From the NCBI GenBank assembly GCA_012026655.1, contig JAAILG010001243.1, positions 1-64,000 of the forward strand: a stretch of DNA of 64,000 bases, read 5' to 3'. The stretch is from Hydrolagus affinis. Its lineage: Eukaryota. Of the stretch, positions 21,401 to 34,794 are shown one piece after another. The notes below the pieces were generated by a model. That model saw only the letters and a list, made by a program, of their open reading frames with translations, made no database searches and was not told where the DNA came from. Each line of letters starts with the position of its first letter. The stretch's first letter is position 1. Position numbers and translations under genes: made by a program.

Positions 21401-23094
21401 ATCATCTGACCACCCATATTCAAGATATTCACAGCAAACTCTTTGGAGTAGATTTGTGTCAGTCCATGTATTTTGCAATGTCCAAAGAAGCGCATCATGC
21501 CAAACTCTTCTCCTCCCACACATGGAATTCACAACTGCCCCTGTTTTATACCTTATTTATGAACCTGAAGTTGGAAAGAGTAAATTAGACATCTACATTG
21601 GGGATATTGTGTTTTTGACCCAATTCTGTGTCGGCAATTCAAGCCTATGGGCACATCATTTAGGCTGACACTCAAAGCGCATTTGGAAACATTTGGAAGT
21701 TATAGATTGCCGGATCAAACTCGAGGATTATTTAGCTTCCATCTGCCCCACGTTTCCTGGCACAGTGGAAGGGCCTCCCATCACCTCCTCTCTCCCCCAG
21801 CTCAACGGCAGGTTCTGCCACTGTTAACCACTCAGAGATACTGCCTTGCTTGAAGGGCACTTTATAAATGCAAATTGTTGCCTCCGAGACCAATGCATGG
21901 CTCTGCAGTCTTTGGTGCATAGCAGTTTGTCAAACTGTTGTGGCTTGTGGTGAGTGGAAAACGGCCGAGTCCTTAAAGTGCTCTGGGGGCAGCCGGACCT
22001 TGGTCACCGCTTGATGTTGCTGTGATTTCAGCTCCTCACAGAGGCAGAGGAGCAAACAACACTCCAGGGAGCCCTGTGTCAAATACCAGACTGTCAGGAA
22101 AGCATAAACAACAAAGTTTTGTAATTAACATGTGGTTAATGAGGATTTGCCGAAGGATGAAAATACCTACAGGGCAAAGGCTCCCTGGGGATCCAGCTAG
22201 GCAAGGCACCATTGCTATTAATGCTGAGCTTATTCCACTTGTCAGCTTCTTGGTTGTAGCATCACAGTCCCCCTCTACTTGCAGCAGACTTGTGTCAGCT
22301 TTACTGTGACTCCTGTCACCAATACAGCCCCCTGATTCCTGACCCCAGCCTGTCCTGATACAACCCTCCCCTCCCTCCCCCAGACCTCCCCTCTCCCCAC
22401 TACCTGGGAAACAAGACCTCAGGCCCTCCATAACGGTCTGAAAAAGGCCTAAATTGTGCCTCACCGTGATTTGTTAAGTGTTTCAGCATCAATAAAATAA
22501 TCATTGAAACCACAGGACGCGTGATTTAACAACAACAACAACAACGGCTTGTATTTATGTAGCCCACTTCATGCAGAGCAGAGTCCCTGAGCACTGATAA
22601 GGTGGCATTTGTCGAGAGCACTTGGAACAGCTCCAAAAACTACAAGTTGATCCAAATTCAAACCGGAGGGACTTGACCTTCACTCACAAGAAACTAATCA
22701 CTCTGGTTTCCTGTGTTTACCATCACAGACTTGTTGCCTTAGTTGTTGATAACCAGACTCACAAGAAATACTCTTCCACTAACTTCTCTCTCCATCTCCA
22801 GATTAACGCTGTGTATTGCATCAATTGAATCTTGTTCTCCTAACGAAGTTACTACCGTAATGAAATTGGAGTGAGTGGGCTCTCACTTTATTGCTATTTA
22901 ATTACTCTCAGTCAGGTACTCAGTGCCTGTATTCAGTTGTTTGTTTACCCGTGGTAATCCTCTGTCACTTACTCTTATTTACAGTCTTGGAGAAAGATTA
23001 TGCAAAGAAGTGTTCTGTCTCTTTATATATACTATCAGATACAGCAAGGCAGCAGAACAAATTTAGAGTTGCAAAGGACAGACAACAAGAAGTA

Positions 23095-23195
23095 TTTCTT
23101 TACCTAAAGAGTAATTAACGATTGGGTTACCAGGAAGGGTGGTTGAGCCCAGGAAGGTAGACTTCTTTAAGAGACAACTTCCTGCTGCGATGGAA
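23095..23195 (+). mobile_element. Old CR1 ORF2 terminal fragment
   Basis: AGAGTAATTAACGATTGG..TTACCAGGAAGGGTGGTTGAG..TTCTTTAAGAGACAACTT (RVINxW..LPGRVVE..FKRQL). Confidence 0.5.
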
Positions 23196-23564
23196 AGACA
23201 GTGGGGGGGATTCTAGAAAGTTGAGATCAAATTGGAGACTTTAACGTACACCTGAAGAACGGATATCCACACCTCCAGCAAATCAGCACTCCCCAACCAC
23301 TGCATTGCCTGCACTGTGAACTCCAAGTCCCTGATGTTGGGCTTGAACCCACAACCTCCTACTCTGATAAGTGAATGATGGTGAATCTGCTGCTGATTAA
23401 GGCAGGCTGACGTTCTTTCTGCGCAGGAATGGGTGAATTGTTAAGGTACTGGAGGGCTGCCAATATCTGTTACCCTCCCTGCGTTATTTGGCAAAGAAAT
23501 TGTTTGAGTTTCCCTTTTAAGATGACGTATTCTGTACATTTACTCTGGGGCTGGTCAGATATAA

Positions 23565-23668
23565 CAACAAACAACAATAAATTTACTTTTATAGAGTGCC
23601 TTTCATGTCAGGAGAACGTCCCAAGGTGCTGGACAGACAGTATTTCGGACCCGAGCTGGGGGGAGGTC
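23565..23668 (-). mobile_element. L2 3' tail
   Basis: ACAACAATAAATTTAC..GTGCCTTTCATGTCAGGAGAACGTCCCAAGGTGCTGGACAG..TTCGGACCCGAGCT. Confidence 0.78.
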
Positions 23669-24409
23669 AATGGATGAAGGAGGTGGTCGATCGATCCCAT
23701 TGATCTTTTCCAGTCCTACGTATTCCGATTGCATGCAGTTCTAAGGAGACAATGGCCAGCCAAGCACAGGCTCCAATATCCTTAGTCAATATGGTTAACA
23801 GTAGTGTGAGTTGCTGTGTTCTGACTGGACTATGGGGAGCCTGTTTTGGGCAGCTGGAATGTTGGCACATTTAAACCTCTCTGCGAGCATGCACGTTCTT
23901 ACTGCAAAAGACATAACCTTGTTTGGAAGAAAGGGAGAACACTTTAAGTCAATGAGAGTTCCAGGTACACTGGAACACTGCCCTGTACATACACAGAAAA
24001 ATATCCATAGTTCTCTGGCTTCCACAGAGTGCCACAATCTGTATCCTCATTCACCCCGAGGCGGAATGTAAAAGATGTGGTGGGGTGAAGACGGATAGAG
24101 AGAGATTGACTGAATGGGGTGAGAGACACAAGTAACTGCTGAATGTGACACAGGCTCTCTGTGTGTTCGGCAGCTGGCAGGACGGACTACTGAGTCACTC
24201 TGAACAAAGATCGGCACATTTCCGATGATAAGTCAATCAGCGTTTGGTATCAAATCTGCATCCACACAATCCCCCTGATGTTAGCAGATTCCCACTGTAC
24301 TGATTCCTCTTTTCAACATTGTGATCTCTGGTTCGGCAAATGGAACTATCTTCTCAAGCAATTCTGTCCAGCCCAATGACACCGAGGTCATTCTTAGCAC
24401 TGCCCCAGC

Positions 24410-24553
24410 GACACCCGCTGTGTGTAATTGGCTGCCACGTTTCGTCCACAAACTACACCGTCAATTCACTTTACAGGATATTCCACAAAGCGCTTTGAGA
24501 CGTCTCATTGAAGTGATAAGGCTCTACATCAAATGCAAGGATTAGGATTATTA
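24410..24553 (+). mobile_element. Young SINE, 3' half
   Basis: GCTGTGTGTAATTGGCTGCCACGTTTCG...AAGCGCTTTGAGACGTC...CAAATGCAAGGATT. Confidence 0.85.
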
Positions 24554-25497
24554 TATAGCTTGTGGATGAGCAATAACAACGACAACTTGCATTTACAATC
24601 CTATTATTCAACCTGCCGCCTTGGCATATCTGTAGGTGTTTCTATATAGGGAGCATTACTCTCAGAAGTCAGACAATATGTCCCACAATCAACCATGAAT
24701 TGAATGACTAATTTATCTGGAGAATATCATTAAACATTTTATCTGATTCTAAGATGAGCTTTTCTCCATCTACTACGTCATCTGCTGCTGAGCTTTCAGT
24801 CACTTCACCCTGATGTCTGGAACTCTCCTGAAATCTCTCCCTGGCTCCTCTCTACCTGCTTTCAAACTCTGTTTATTCAGTGGTATCGAGGATTTTCCCT
24901 CTCCATCCCATCCTTTTTCTGAATCAGCGAGCAGCATTCTCACCTTTCAAGCAGAAGGCTGATTTGAAATAAATCGAGATCAGATATCAAGACGAAATCT
25001 TCGCTCAAGAGTGTTTTAAATGTGTGATATAATAGGCGCAATATTGACTGCTGTAGTTTCCTAAAAATACAAAGGCACGACGTTTCACAGTAAAATTGCT
25101 CCAAATGACGATGGGAGATCATGTCATAAGGCTTATTGAACATATAATAATACGACAGTACTAAGCTATTGGGAGAGCTAATGTCTTTACAGAAAAAGCA
25201 CAGCTCCTTCAGCCTGTCTTGGCCAGCAATGTGACATTATTCCAGTATATACTGTACACAATAATTTTACCCTGTAAAGTGATCCCGTTTCTCTGACAGG
25301 GGCAGATCAACAGTAAGGATACGTTAAAGCGTAAAGAGAATTTCCTGTAACAGGATGAAACAATGTTCAAAACAAGGCATCTGTTTTGCTCAAATAAATA
25401 GTCTCTTTATAGTAGTTAGGCGGCATCGCAGAATTGTTTAAAGTAATGATACCCTTCTGAACAGTAAAGAATCCCGAGCCAGCCAACTGTCTGAATG

Positions 25498-25705
25498 CTG
25501 AAACAAAAACATGAGAGCTGGGAAAACTCAGCAGATCAGGCAGCATCCATAGAGAAAGGAAAGCGAATCAACGTTTGGCGTCTACGACCCTTCGTCAGAA
25601 ACGTTGACTCGCTTTCCTTTCTCCATGGATGCTGCCTGACCTGCTGAGTTTTCCCAGCTCTCTCTGTTTTTGTTTCAGAATTCCAGCATCCAGCAGTATT
25701 TTGTG
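25498..25705. mobile_element. Palindromic Penelope-like element remnant (inverted terminal regions; arms 25498-25576 and 25599-25678)
   Basis: ~79-bp near-perfect inverted arms (AAAACTCAGCAGATCAGGCAGCATCCA / TGGATGCTGCCTGACCTGCTGAGTTTT) around a 22-nt spacer. The minus strand carries CTGACGA...AAACGTT. This resembles the common chondrichthyan Penelope terminal repeat. Confidence 0.7.
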
Positions 25706-26009
25706 TGTTGTCTGAATAGTGAATTTGCCAGGCGCCTGGATGAATGCAGAGCAGACCTCGCACAGAGCCTATTAAACAGTGAACTCACTAAAGGCCTTTG
25801 TCATTATTTGGGAGGCTGAGAGAACAGAGCTCGCAAAAAAGCCCTGTTAATACACGACAAGGGCCTTCGAGAATCTCAAGTCAGTTAACACAACCAGAAC
25901 CTTCCAGAATACATTCCAGAGTCAAGCAGTCAAGTTCCTTGCGATGTTGACACGTAATCTGCCAATGGAAAGCTGATAGCATTGTCTGGAAGCCCGCTCT
26001 TGGTGTTAC

Positions 26010-26278
26010 ACATTAAACCGAACTCTCATCTGCCTGTTCAAGTGGATGTGAAAGATCCCATGGCGGTACTCAAAGCAAAATGGCGAGTCTCCCCCAGGGT
26101 CCTGGCCAACAATCACTCTGGACAAAATTAATCACTCACTTCATGGGTGTTTCTGCTCTATTGATGTACGCAAACTGGCTGCTTCATTTGCCTACAAATC
26201 TAGTCATTACTGTGAAGCGTTTTGAGATGTCTCACTGATATGTTAAGTCGCTATGTCGAACGCCGGAATCATTATTGT
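26010..26278 (+). mobile_element. Old SacSINE1-like fragment
   Basis: CATTAAACCG..CTGCCTGTTCAAGTGGATGTGAAAGATCCCATGGC..GTCCTGGCCAACAAT..AACTGGCTGC..CTGTGAAGCGTTTTGAGATGTC. Confidence 0.78.
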
Positions 26279-26749
26279 ATTGTTTGACCTCCAATCTCAT
26301 GGACATCAGTGTCAGTCCTGTGATAGCAACTCTGGTCGCTCTGCTGAAGCCAGAAAATGACTTGACATCTGCGTTTCCACGGTAGCCAACCCCTTTGAGA
26401 TGCGAAGAAATGATGGAGGCTGGAAATTCAAAGCCCTGCTTTAATGTAGTGAAATGACACAACAGCCTTGGGAGGCCAAATGGGGACTCTATTCTGGGGA
26501 TATCTGATTAGCAATATGTTTCATCTTTAGCATCAAACATAGACCACCAGACTCCCTCCCTCAAAACTCTCAATGGTATTGCCTGTGAAGCAATGGACAT
26601 CTGGCTCCCAGAGTGTCGTGTTTAGCCGTATACCAACCTTTTGGGGTTTGTCATATGACCTAGAATTCCAGTCATGAGAGAGAATGGCGTTGGGAGAAGG
26701 TAAATTTGACACCTGAAGTATCAAACACATCCTGAATGGATCCCAAATG

Positions 26750-26840
26750 ATTTTTGAAAGCAGAGAAGGAGGGAGCGAGGGCTTTGAGGAGATTTCCAGA
26801 GGGAGTGTAGGGGCAAGATGGCTGAAAGCTTGCCCACCTA
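26750..26840 (-). mobile_element. Old L2 3' fragment
   Basis: TTTTTGAAAGCAGAGAAGGAGGGAGCGAGG..TTCCAGAG..TAGGGGC..GGCTGAAAGC. Confidence 0.55.
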
Positions 26841-28774
26841 TGTGAAGATGCAGAGTCCTTGAGCTAGCAGAATTATCTAGTTATTCTCCATGACATTAAA
26901 CAATAAGCTATTTTTTTTTAAAAAAAGCACGGATAGTACTGAACTTTCAAATCATTCCGAGTTGCTTAGGTTAATGGGATTTCCACCGAAAGGAATCACT
27001 TTTTAATTTAAAATGGAGAGAGGATCTCTCACCTGTCAGCGATTGAAGAGGAAATGACAATTCCTCCCAAATTACAGTTGAGAACAGCCGCCAACCTTGA
27101 CAGCCACAAATCACAGTCAGATTTTTCTCTCCCGATCCTGGCACGATTAGACGCCAGGAAAGAGGGAGAGAGGCTGCGCCTGGGCACGATGCCCGTCTAT
27201 CAGACGTGAAGAAAGAACATTTTCCTCCAAGTCACAGCTTCAGTCAGTCACAAAGCAGGTTGAGTTATTTTAATTAAACAATTTAGGATGTGGTGAGGTC
27301 ACCAGAAGTCTTGATAATGATAACTCTAAGAAGCTTTGCATTTGATATAATGACTTGTCACATTTTTTCTAAGTGTTGTGACTGTGTGGGTTGTAAGTGA
27401 ACTTGGTAGCCAATGAAATAATATTCAATGCAGCTCCTTCTCTGGCCAATGTGCCTCAAAGTGATTGATGCCGTGAGTTGCTTCAAAGCGCACCCACTTA
27501 TTCAGGCAAACGTGACAGTTAATGTGGACTCGCCAACTTCCCACATACAACAATGAATTTTCTGGTGAATATGGGCAAGGCAGGTTGGACTATTATTATC
27601 AGTCAGGACACTGGAGGAATTCCCTGACATTCTCCACATTGTACCATGTGATTCTCTAAACCTCCAGAATATCACAGAGCATACAATAACAGCAGTGCTC
27701 AGTCAGTCCTGTGCTTAGGAAAGGGTTACACCATCCAATTATGTAGATGAGAGACTGAGAGAGACTGCGAGAGAGTGAGGCCGACCCAATGATTTGTTCA
27801 TTAAATATCTGTTTCCACAGAGAGAGAAAATAAGCCAGCAGGTCATTTTTCACAGACTGAGTCTTGCGATTAAACCAGTGAAAGGTCTAGTTCTCGGCTG
27901 CCTTCTAAACTGCTCTATTTAATAATTTACTTGGACACATCACTTAGGCTCTTCTGATAAACAAGATGAGTAAAACATGGTCTATCTGGGGAGCCGTGTA
28001 TTGTTGGAGATGCTGTGTTTCGGATCAGACCAATAAATTGGGGGTCCCCTCTGCCTGTGCTCGGGTTAAACACGCAATCCATAACCTGAAGGTTTCCCAG
28101 GAAACTACGCTCAATTCCTGAGGTTGAACCTCCCACCTTCTGATCCAGAGAGTGAGAGTGCTTCCAACTGAGTCAGACTGATACCGTTTGCCCTGTGAGA
28201 CGCATTTCGATGGTCATATAACCAAAGCTAATAGCCATTGGCTCCTCCAAGAGGCCAGATCCCAGGAGTTTGCCGTCCACAGGACTTTCCAGTCCTCGGG
28301 TTTACCTGCCACAGCTGAGCTGGGTTCAGTCAGTTCCCAACGATTTCAGCTCAGCAAAACAATCTTTCTCGTCACATGCCAGGGATCCTGCTGCCTGCCA
28401 CGCTGCCAGACCGCCTGTGAAGTGGGGCCGTGCCTTCCTTCTACACAAACCTCTGCGGAGGAGGACAAAGTCTCAATGAAATATTAATCAGCCTCAGTTA
28501 ACTTGCCATTTCTCTGATTGTGTACGGCTTTTTAAAAGCCCAAATATTATTGAAAAATAGCGTTAGATTTGGCAGCCAGTCCCTCACTCAGAATTACTGC
28601 TAAACTGTGGATTATTCACTTAACGTTTATTTTTATTTTCAGTATTCACTGGAGCGTGGAGGGGAATCATCAACACAAACCTAGGCCTGCAGCAGACAGT
28701 ACAACCCACATAACGCCCAATGACACCTGATCCAGTCCATTTCCCGACCAACAATCCTACAGATAACACTGATC

Positions 28775-29352
28775 ACACACTTTGTGGATCATTTCTGTGC
28801 TTCAATTGGCTGGCAGGTTCACCTACAAGTACACTCTTTACAATAAATCTTGCGAAGCGCTTTGAGACATCTCAACAACATGATAATATAACACTCCATC
28901 AAACGCACCGATTATTATTTTAACACTTAGGAATTTAATAAAACTGATGGTTGAGATCAAATGAGGCCAAAGTTTGTTTTTAAAAAAAATACAAACCACT
29001 TGTGTGAAGGGAAACAGAACAGGCCTCTGGACACGTCTCTGATCCTCTACGTGTTGTGCAGCTTGAGAGAACATTTTGCGTTGGGCTGTCAGTGTGTTTA
29101 AACCACTGCGGTTGTGCCCTTCGTATGAAAGATCAATTTCACAGCAAACAAACACTGTACATAACATTAGCTCAGCCGTCTCTATTCATACTTTAATAAT
29201 TGACTGTTGTGACACATTGTGGTGTACAAATTGGCTGCTGGGTTTGCCCAGCAAACACACAGTCACTATACAGTACTTCACAGCAAAAATCCTATTGAGA
29301 CGTCTCGACGACGTGATCGGGCTCAATCTAAATGCGCGAGGATTGTTGCTAT
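28775..29352 (+). mobile_element. Two Deu-SINE 3' halves (28775-28920 and 29195-29352)
   Basis: Both contain AATTGGCTG and a GAGAC-stem tail (e.g. GAGACGTCTCGACGACGTGA). Confidence 0.7.
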
Positions 29353-29414
29353 GATAAACTTTAATTATTAAAAAGCTGATTAATTGGGAGGATTGAAAGG
29401 CCCTGAATGGAGGG

Positions 29415-29660
29415 GACACTCCCTTCTCCTTACCAACAGTGTTGTGCGATCTTTAAAAATCCACTTGAATAGTCTCGATTTAACATTCCCTCTGTAGGAT
29501 GACATATCCAGCAATCAGGACTTTCTAAAGCACCGCAATGAATTGTCAGTGTAGATTACGAGCGCAAAGTTCCTAGTGTGGGGTGGGGTGGGGTGGGGGG
29601 AGGGCTTGAAGCCACAGGCGTCTGACCCAAAGGTCTTATCAACTGAACCAGACTGACAAG
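29415..29660 (-). mobile_element. Old SacSINE1-like, 5' half
   Basis: GATCTTTAAAAATCCACTTGAA..TTTAACAT..GTCAGTGTAGATTA..GCTTGAAGCCACA..TCTGAC; interrupted by a (TGGGG)n run. Confidence 0.6.
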
Positions 29661-31780
29661 TAGTCACCACTAATTAATATCCATAAAACTGTAAAATGTG
29701 AAAGTTTAAAATTCAGCAATGTGACTTAATGAAGTTGAAATATGAACACATGGAGAATAAAAAGGAAGATGTATTGTTGGTGATATTTTATACTTTCAGA
29801 TTCATTAATATAATGTCTTAATAATTGCAACGCTGTAATCGTACTGTCACCATAATTGATCAGTGTGCTGGAGTTCATTAGCCAGCAAGTTCACCCTCAT
29901 CCAACCCCTCCGACGAATTAATTCGGACAGCACCTCCAATAATGCAACACACTCCCAGCACTGCGTTGGACTATCATCGTAGACTAGGTCAGTTCAAGTC
30001 CCAATACGAGGCTCGAAACCACAACCTCCTGAGTCACAGTCAAGCGTGTTACCGCTGTGCCGGGCTGGCGCACGCGTTCAGAAAGTAGAAATAACACAGT
30101 TGTTACTCATTGAGTTGACATTTCGTGAGCATCCGAAATGTTGGTGCCTTACTTTTGACCTTCAACCCACTTTACAATGAGGTTAGCCTCTTGTGGCCGA
30201 GTTAATCCCCAGCTTGCAGTGAATCATCGAGGATCAGCTTTCTGTTGGTACCTCTCCAATGTGCAGTGCATGTGCGGGGCCCTGAGCGCATAGAATGGCT
30301 TTGAGAGAGAGAGAGAGAAAAAAAAACTTACAAACATTGGCACTTCCTGGTCTGGTAGACAATAAAGACTCCCTTACAGAAGAATGTAAGCTTGGCATCA
30401 TACTTCAAGCTGCACGTCAGTAGAATTACTTGTCGAAATTAATAGCAGTTGCTGGATTTAAGGAGATCCAGCAAAAAAAACCCATCGGATTTGTTTACTA
30501 AATGGAATGTTTGCTGAATTTAGTTTTAAGTAACTCATTCGTCTTCTCACAACCTATTATTCAATGGATTATTAAGGTCTACATATGGGTTGGAGTGTGG
30601 GTGGCTGGGCGGGGGTGGGCAGTAATTTGATCACTGGCAGTACATTGGCCAAGTGTATGGTTTCTGATCAATTTTGAGGGGATGCTGATCCTGGAGAATG
30701 GTGCGCTCTCCTTTCTTAGGCTCTTTCAGGCACAGTCCGGAGCAGGGGCAAGCCCGAATCTTCCATGTTGGAATAAGGAATTACTTTTGGAGATGTCACA
30801 GAAGCAGGGCCTATCAATGTCCAACAAACAGACGTGTTTTGATCGACTAGTTTCATCTGGAGGATTGTTGGCCAGGAGAAACATCAGGAGAAACACTTTT
30901 CTCTTTTCAGAACAGATGGGATCTTGGTTTGACATCTCCTGCAACAATGCGATGGTCACCCACAACTGCACCGGAGTTACTGCCTACACTATGTGTCTCA
31001 AGTTCCCAAGTTGGTCTTGAACCCACAACCGTCTGGCCTATAGCAGGACTGAGCAAAGCTGACACGAGAAGCTTTATTTTTAAGTAGGGTACGATCAGCA
31101 GCTGGAACATGTTTTACAAGAACAGTGATTGAGATCAGGACACTGAATTCATTTAACATCACAATGCTCTGACAGGAAGATGGTAGGGTTGGTATTCTGG
31201 TAGGATAAAATGGGCTGGGGATGGGGGAATGGAGGGGAAGGGAGTGGGGGGTTCTTCATTTGAAGCTCTCTTGTGATCTTGTGATCAAACACACGGAAAA
31301 GTGATGCAGCAGGAGATCGAGCTGTGGGTTCCAGCTAAAGCCTCGACACTCGGGAAATTGAAATGTAGGGAAGTCAATGATGAGATTTAAATTCAAGTTG
31401 CACGTTCTTTTATTCTTGATAAAAAATTAATTTCCCACGTTAGAACATCACTTCACTAAATCATTTCAGAAACTGTCACTCGGCATAACCACAGCCCTTG
31501 AGGTTGCTACAAATAGTCTTATTTATCTCAGCTTGATTGCCAGTGGGGGGCAGCTGCAAGGAACGTTTGGCATTCTTTACTTCTGAGGCCAGTCACTGGA
31601 GTGTTTGTAGCCCATTCTACGGTCTAGAATAGTGGTCTAGAATCCTTATGGTCGCCCAAGTTGTACATTTCTTGACTGACGGCTCAGGTTGGCCACCATT
31701 GGTCTAATAAGGGGAAGCAGAAGATCGCAAGGAAGATTTATGCTGTCCTCACCTGCCTCACATACATATGTTCTAACCAA

Positions 31781-32050
31781 CAGAAGGTTGTGGTTCAAGC
31801 CTCACATCTGTGACTTTGAGATCACAGTCGAGAGTGACACTCCAGTGCGGTGCTGAGGTTATGCTTCATTGCTGGGCAGTGCCCCCTACTTCAAATGGGA
31901 CATTAAACCAAGATCCCATCCGTCTGTTCAGGTAGATGTTAAATGATCTATGGTACTATTCAAAAAGTGAAGGGAGTTTCTCTGGTATCCCGTAATTAAA
32001 ATGTAGTCACTCCCTTCATTGCAGTTTGTGGGACCTTGCCATGTGACCGT
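31781..32050 (+). mobile_element. Old SacSINE1-like copy, truncated where a young SINE begins
   Basis: CAGAAGGTTGTGGTTCAAGC..TGACACTCCAGTGCGGTGCTGAGG..GACATTAAACCAAG..GTTTGTGGGACCTTGCC. Confidence 0.8.
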
Positions 32051-32053
32051 GGC

Positions 32054-32392
32054 AATAATAATAATAATAATAATCCTTGCATTTGATACAGCGCTTTTCA
32101 CATCTTATTGACGTCTCAAAGCGCTTCACAGAATGTACTATAAAGTGAATTGACTGTATGTTTGTGGGCGAAACGTGGCAGCCAATTGCGCACAGCAGCG
32201 TCCCCCCCACAAACAGTTGTGGATTGAAAATGACCAACTTTTATTACTGTGGTTTTTTTGGGGACGGATTATTATTAGGCGTGTGTGTGGAGTAAGGAAA
32301 CTTGCCCAAGGTTTCGCCCTGGCCTGCCTGGATTCAAGCACAGTTCTCACGCTTGTAAGGCGAGTGCTCTAACCACTGAGCTACAGGAGCTC
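32054..32392 (-). mobile_element. Full-length young tRNA-derived Deu-domain SINE
   Basis: Minus strand GAGCTCCTGTAGCTCAGTGGTTAGAGCACTCGCCTTACAAGCGTGAG...TTGAATCC, Deu core, tail and (ATT)n; colinear with 5980-6300. Confidence 0.93.
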
Positions 32393-33899
32393 CTATACAG
32401 GAGAAAACTGCCAACCCAATACTTGATAGCTCCTCCACTTGCCATATCAAACGCAAATAGTTACTAACAACAGTAATTCTAAAAATTCGGATTCTAAAAA
32501 TTGCTTTTAAGAAATGCACCTAACCGGTTTAGTCGTATTACAATTTCTGCCCTTTGTGTTCAGATTAAACAATACACGGGAGAGGATTCAGGGAAACACA
32601 TTACAAATCGAGTTGTGACAGGTACCAATAGTTTCACCTGTTCCCAATCTCAAGCAGAAAAGGCAAAGCCTGCGAGGAGAGGGATTCCTCTCGCGACTGA
32701 GGATTCACCCCCATCAACTCATGTTTCAGTATTATCATGCCGAGCGATGCACTTAAATTAATTTGACAATTATGGGACAGGTTATCATTGCTTGAAGAGC
32801 CTTGAGTGTGATGTTTACACTGACTGGCCTTGTGGATTGATGAGCAATCAACAAATCAGCATTTGGAGTGCTGAAAATGAGGGTGTGGATTGCAATAAAA
32901 TAAAACCATAGACTTCACTGACATATACTTCACTGAAGGAGCCTCTGTGGATGTTGGCTTTTAAGAGACCCTTACTCAGAAGTGGGAGCACATTGCTCGA
33001 CTCTGCTTCGCATTCGGTTGTGGGAGAGAGCCACCTCATGGGTTAATTCTTCCTGTGTGACCCCCACCCGACATTCCAAAGCAGTTCTTTTGATCGAAAG
33101 CGCTTTTCTGTGTGACTGTACTTTAAACACTGCTCTGCTATTACTCAGTCCGGGCAGTCACCAAGTTTATGTTACTACTGCTTAAAAAATAACGTCTGAC
33201 AGCCTGAAAGGTTAGAGTCCTGGCACACACTCAGAGCCAGTGTTACACACACACACACGCTACAGCATTTCCCTGCGCTTGTGCAACTTTGAGTTTATTT
33301 CCCGTAGGTGAATGGGGATTGAAGTCGGTGTCCAACTGTCTGGTCTAATTCCGCAGACAATAGGGGGTTGCATGTCCATAAGACTAAACATTCGTTCCCA
33401 ATTATAAATGTCTATGAGGAGGAGGTTGGGGCATCCCAGTGAACGTCTAAATACCTTACTAATGAACAACAGTTGAGCGTTGTTAATGCATCCTATGTTT
33501 ATGGTGATATTTGATCATAGCAGAGTGTGGTTTTAATCCTTTCTTTCTTGGACTCCACCTTGTCCTTTAAATTCAGACAATCACAAATCCTGGTTGTTGT
33601 TATTCCCCTCCACCCCCCGCCCCTCTCGCTGCCCTCTGCTTCATCTTCACTGGGGTTGTGGAAGATTTCTGCTGTGACAGGAAGGTAAGCAACACTGTTT
33701 AGCGGAATCTGGTGCCCACCAAAACATACCGTATGTAGGCTTCTGGGTGGAGGTCACGGGCTCAACCTCTCGCTCAAGGATAACGATCGGGATGGGAATA
33801 TAAATGTAATTTTGTTGCTGTTGAATAGAGAGCTGGGTGAAATCTCTTCTCTAGAATTTTCATTTCGTCACTCTCTCTCATGTTAAAAATCTGTCTGTC

Positions 33900-34205
33900 T
33901 CAGCGCTGTGAGGGGCACTGCAATATTGAAGGTGGCATCCTTCAGGTGAGACATTAGGTCCTGACTGCCTGTTCAGGTACGCAACAAAAATCCCTGGATA
34001 CTATTCAAACAGAAGTTCCTCCAGGGGTCCTGGCTGACAATCGTCTCGGAGAATTGATCATCCACCTTCACGGTTATTTGTGGACATTGCCGTGTGCACT
34101 CTTGTCTGCCACGTTCGCCTACAATCATTACATTTGACAGTAATTACCTGTGAAGAACTTTAAGGCATTTCAACGTCAAAGGCACCGTAGCAAATACAAG
34201 GATTT
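33900..34205 (+). mobile_element. Old SacSINE1-like fragment
   Basis: GGTGGCATCCTTCAGGTGAGACATTA..CTGCCTGTTCAGG..GTCCTGGC..TTTGTGGACATTGCCGTGTGC..CTGTGAAG. Confidence 0.72.
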
Positions 34206-34794
34206 GATTCCACTTTCACTTGTTTTATATAATGATGATTTGGGGCATCTTAAGAGTCTCAGAGAATCCTGCCCACATTGGCATCCTCAGCTTGCATAAC
34301 TGAATAACACATCAAAGTCTTAAGTCTTCCTGCCATGGCAGCTCTCCAGTGAGTCTTTCCCAAAACGCTCCTTTCCTTAAAAGGGCTGCTCCGCCCAGCT
34401 TCCAAATGTTTACATTTCAATAGTTTACTCAAAGCAAAGTCATCGTCTCCGAATTGCAAGTGTGGGATGGAAAAACAATGGGCTGACAGGAGCCTGAATT
34501 CCAGCTGTGTTTCCACTGTACAGCAGCTTACAGCGGCTTGCGACAGAAAATGACTTTGTTTGTCAGCTGCATCTTCAAAGAAAAATAGGTGGGTGTGAAG
34601 CCTCAAGCTAAGAACATCTCTTGAGTGGAAATAAAGAATGTTTCGCTTTGGACGCGTCAGTTAATTTTTAGGACATTGCGTATCGAGAACGGCCCAAACT
34701 GAGCGAGGAACATTCTTCTTCTTATCACGGAGGTTAGGTTCTCCACACAGTGATAACCACTTGATTTCTCCTTTGAGTCACAAGCTTCCCATGG

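Noticed and set aside
25896-25910. Perfect three-unit heat-shock element aGAAc-cTTCc-aGAAt
   Set aside because: With only nine fixed bases, such a match is not unusual by chance in 64 kb, and there is no promoter context.
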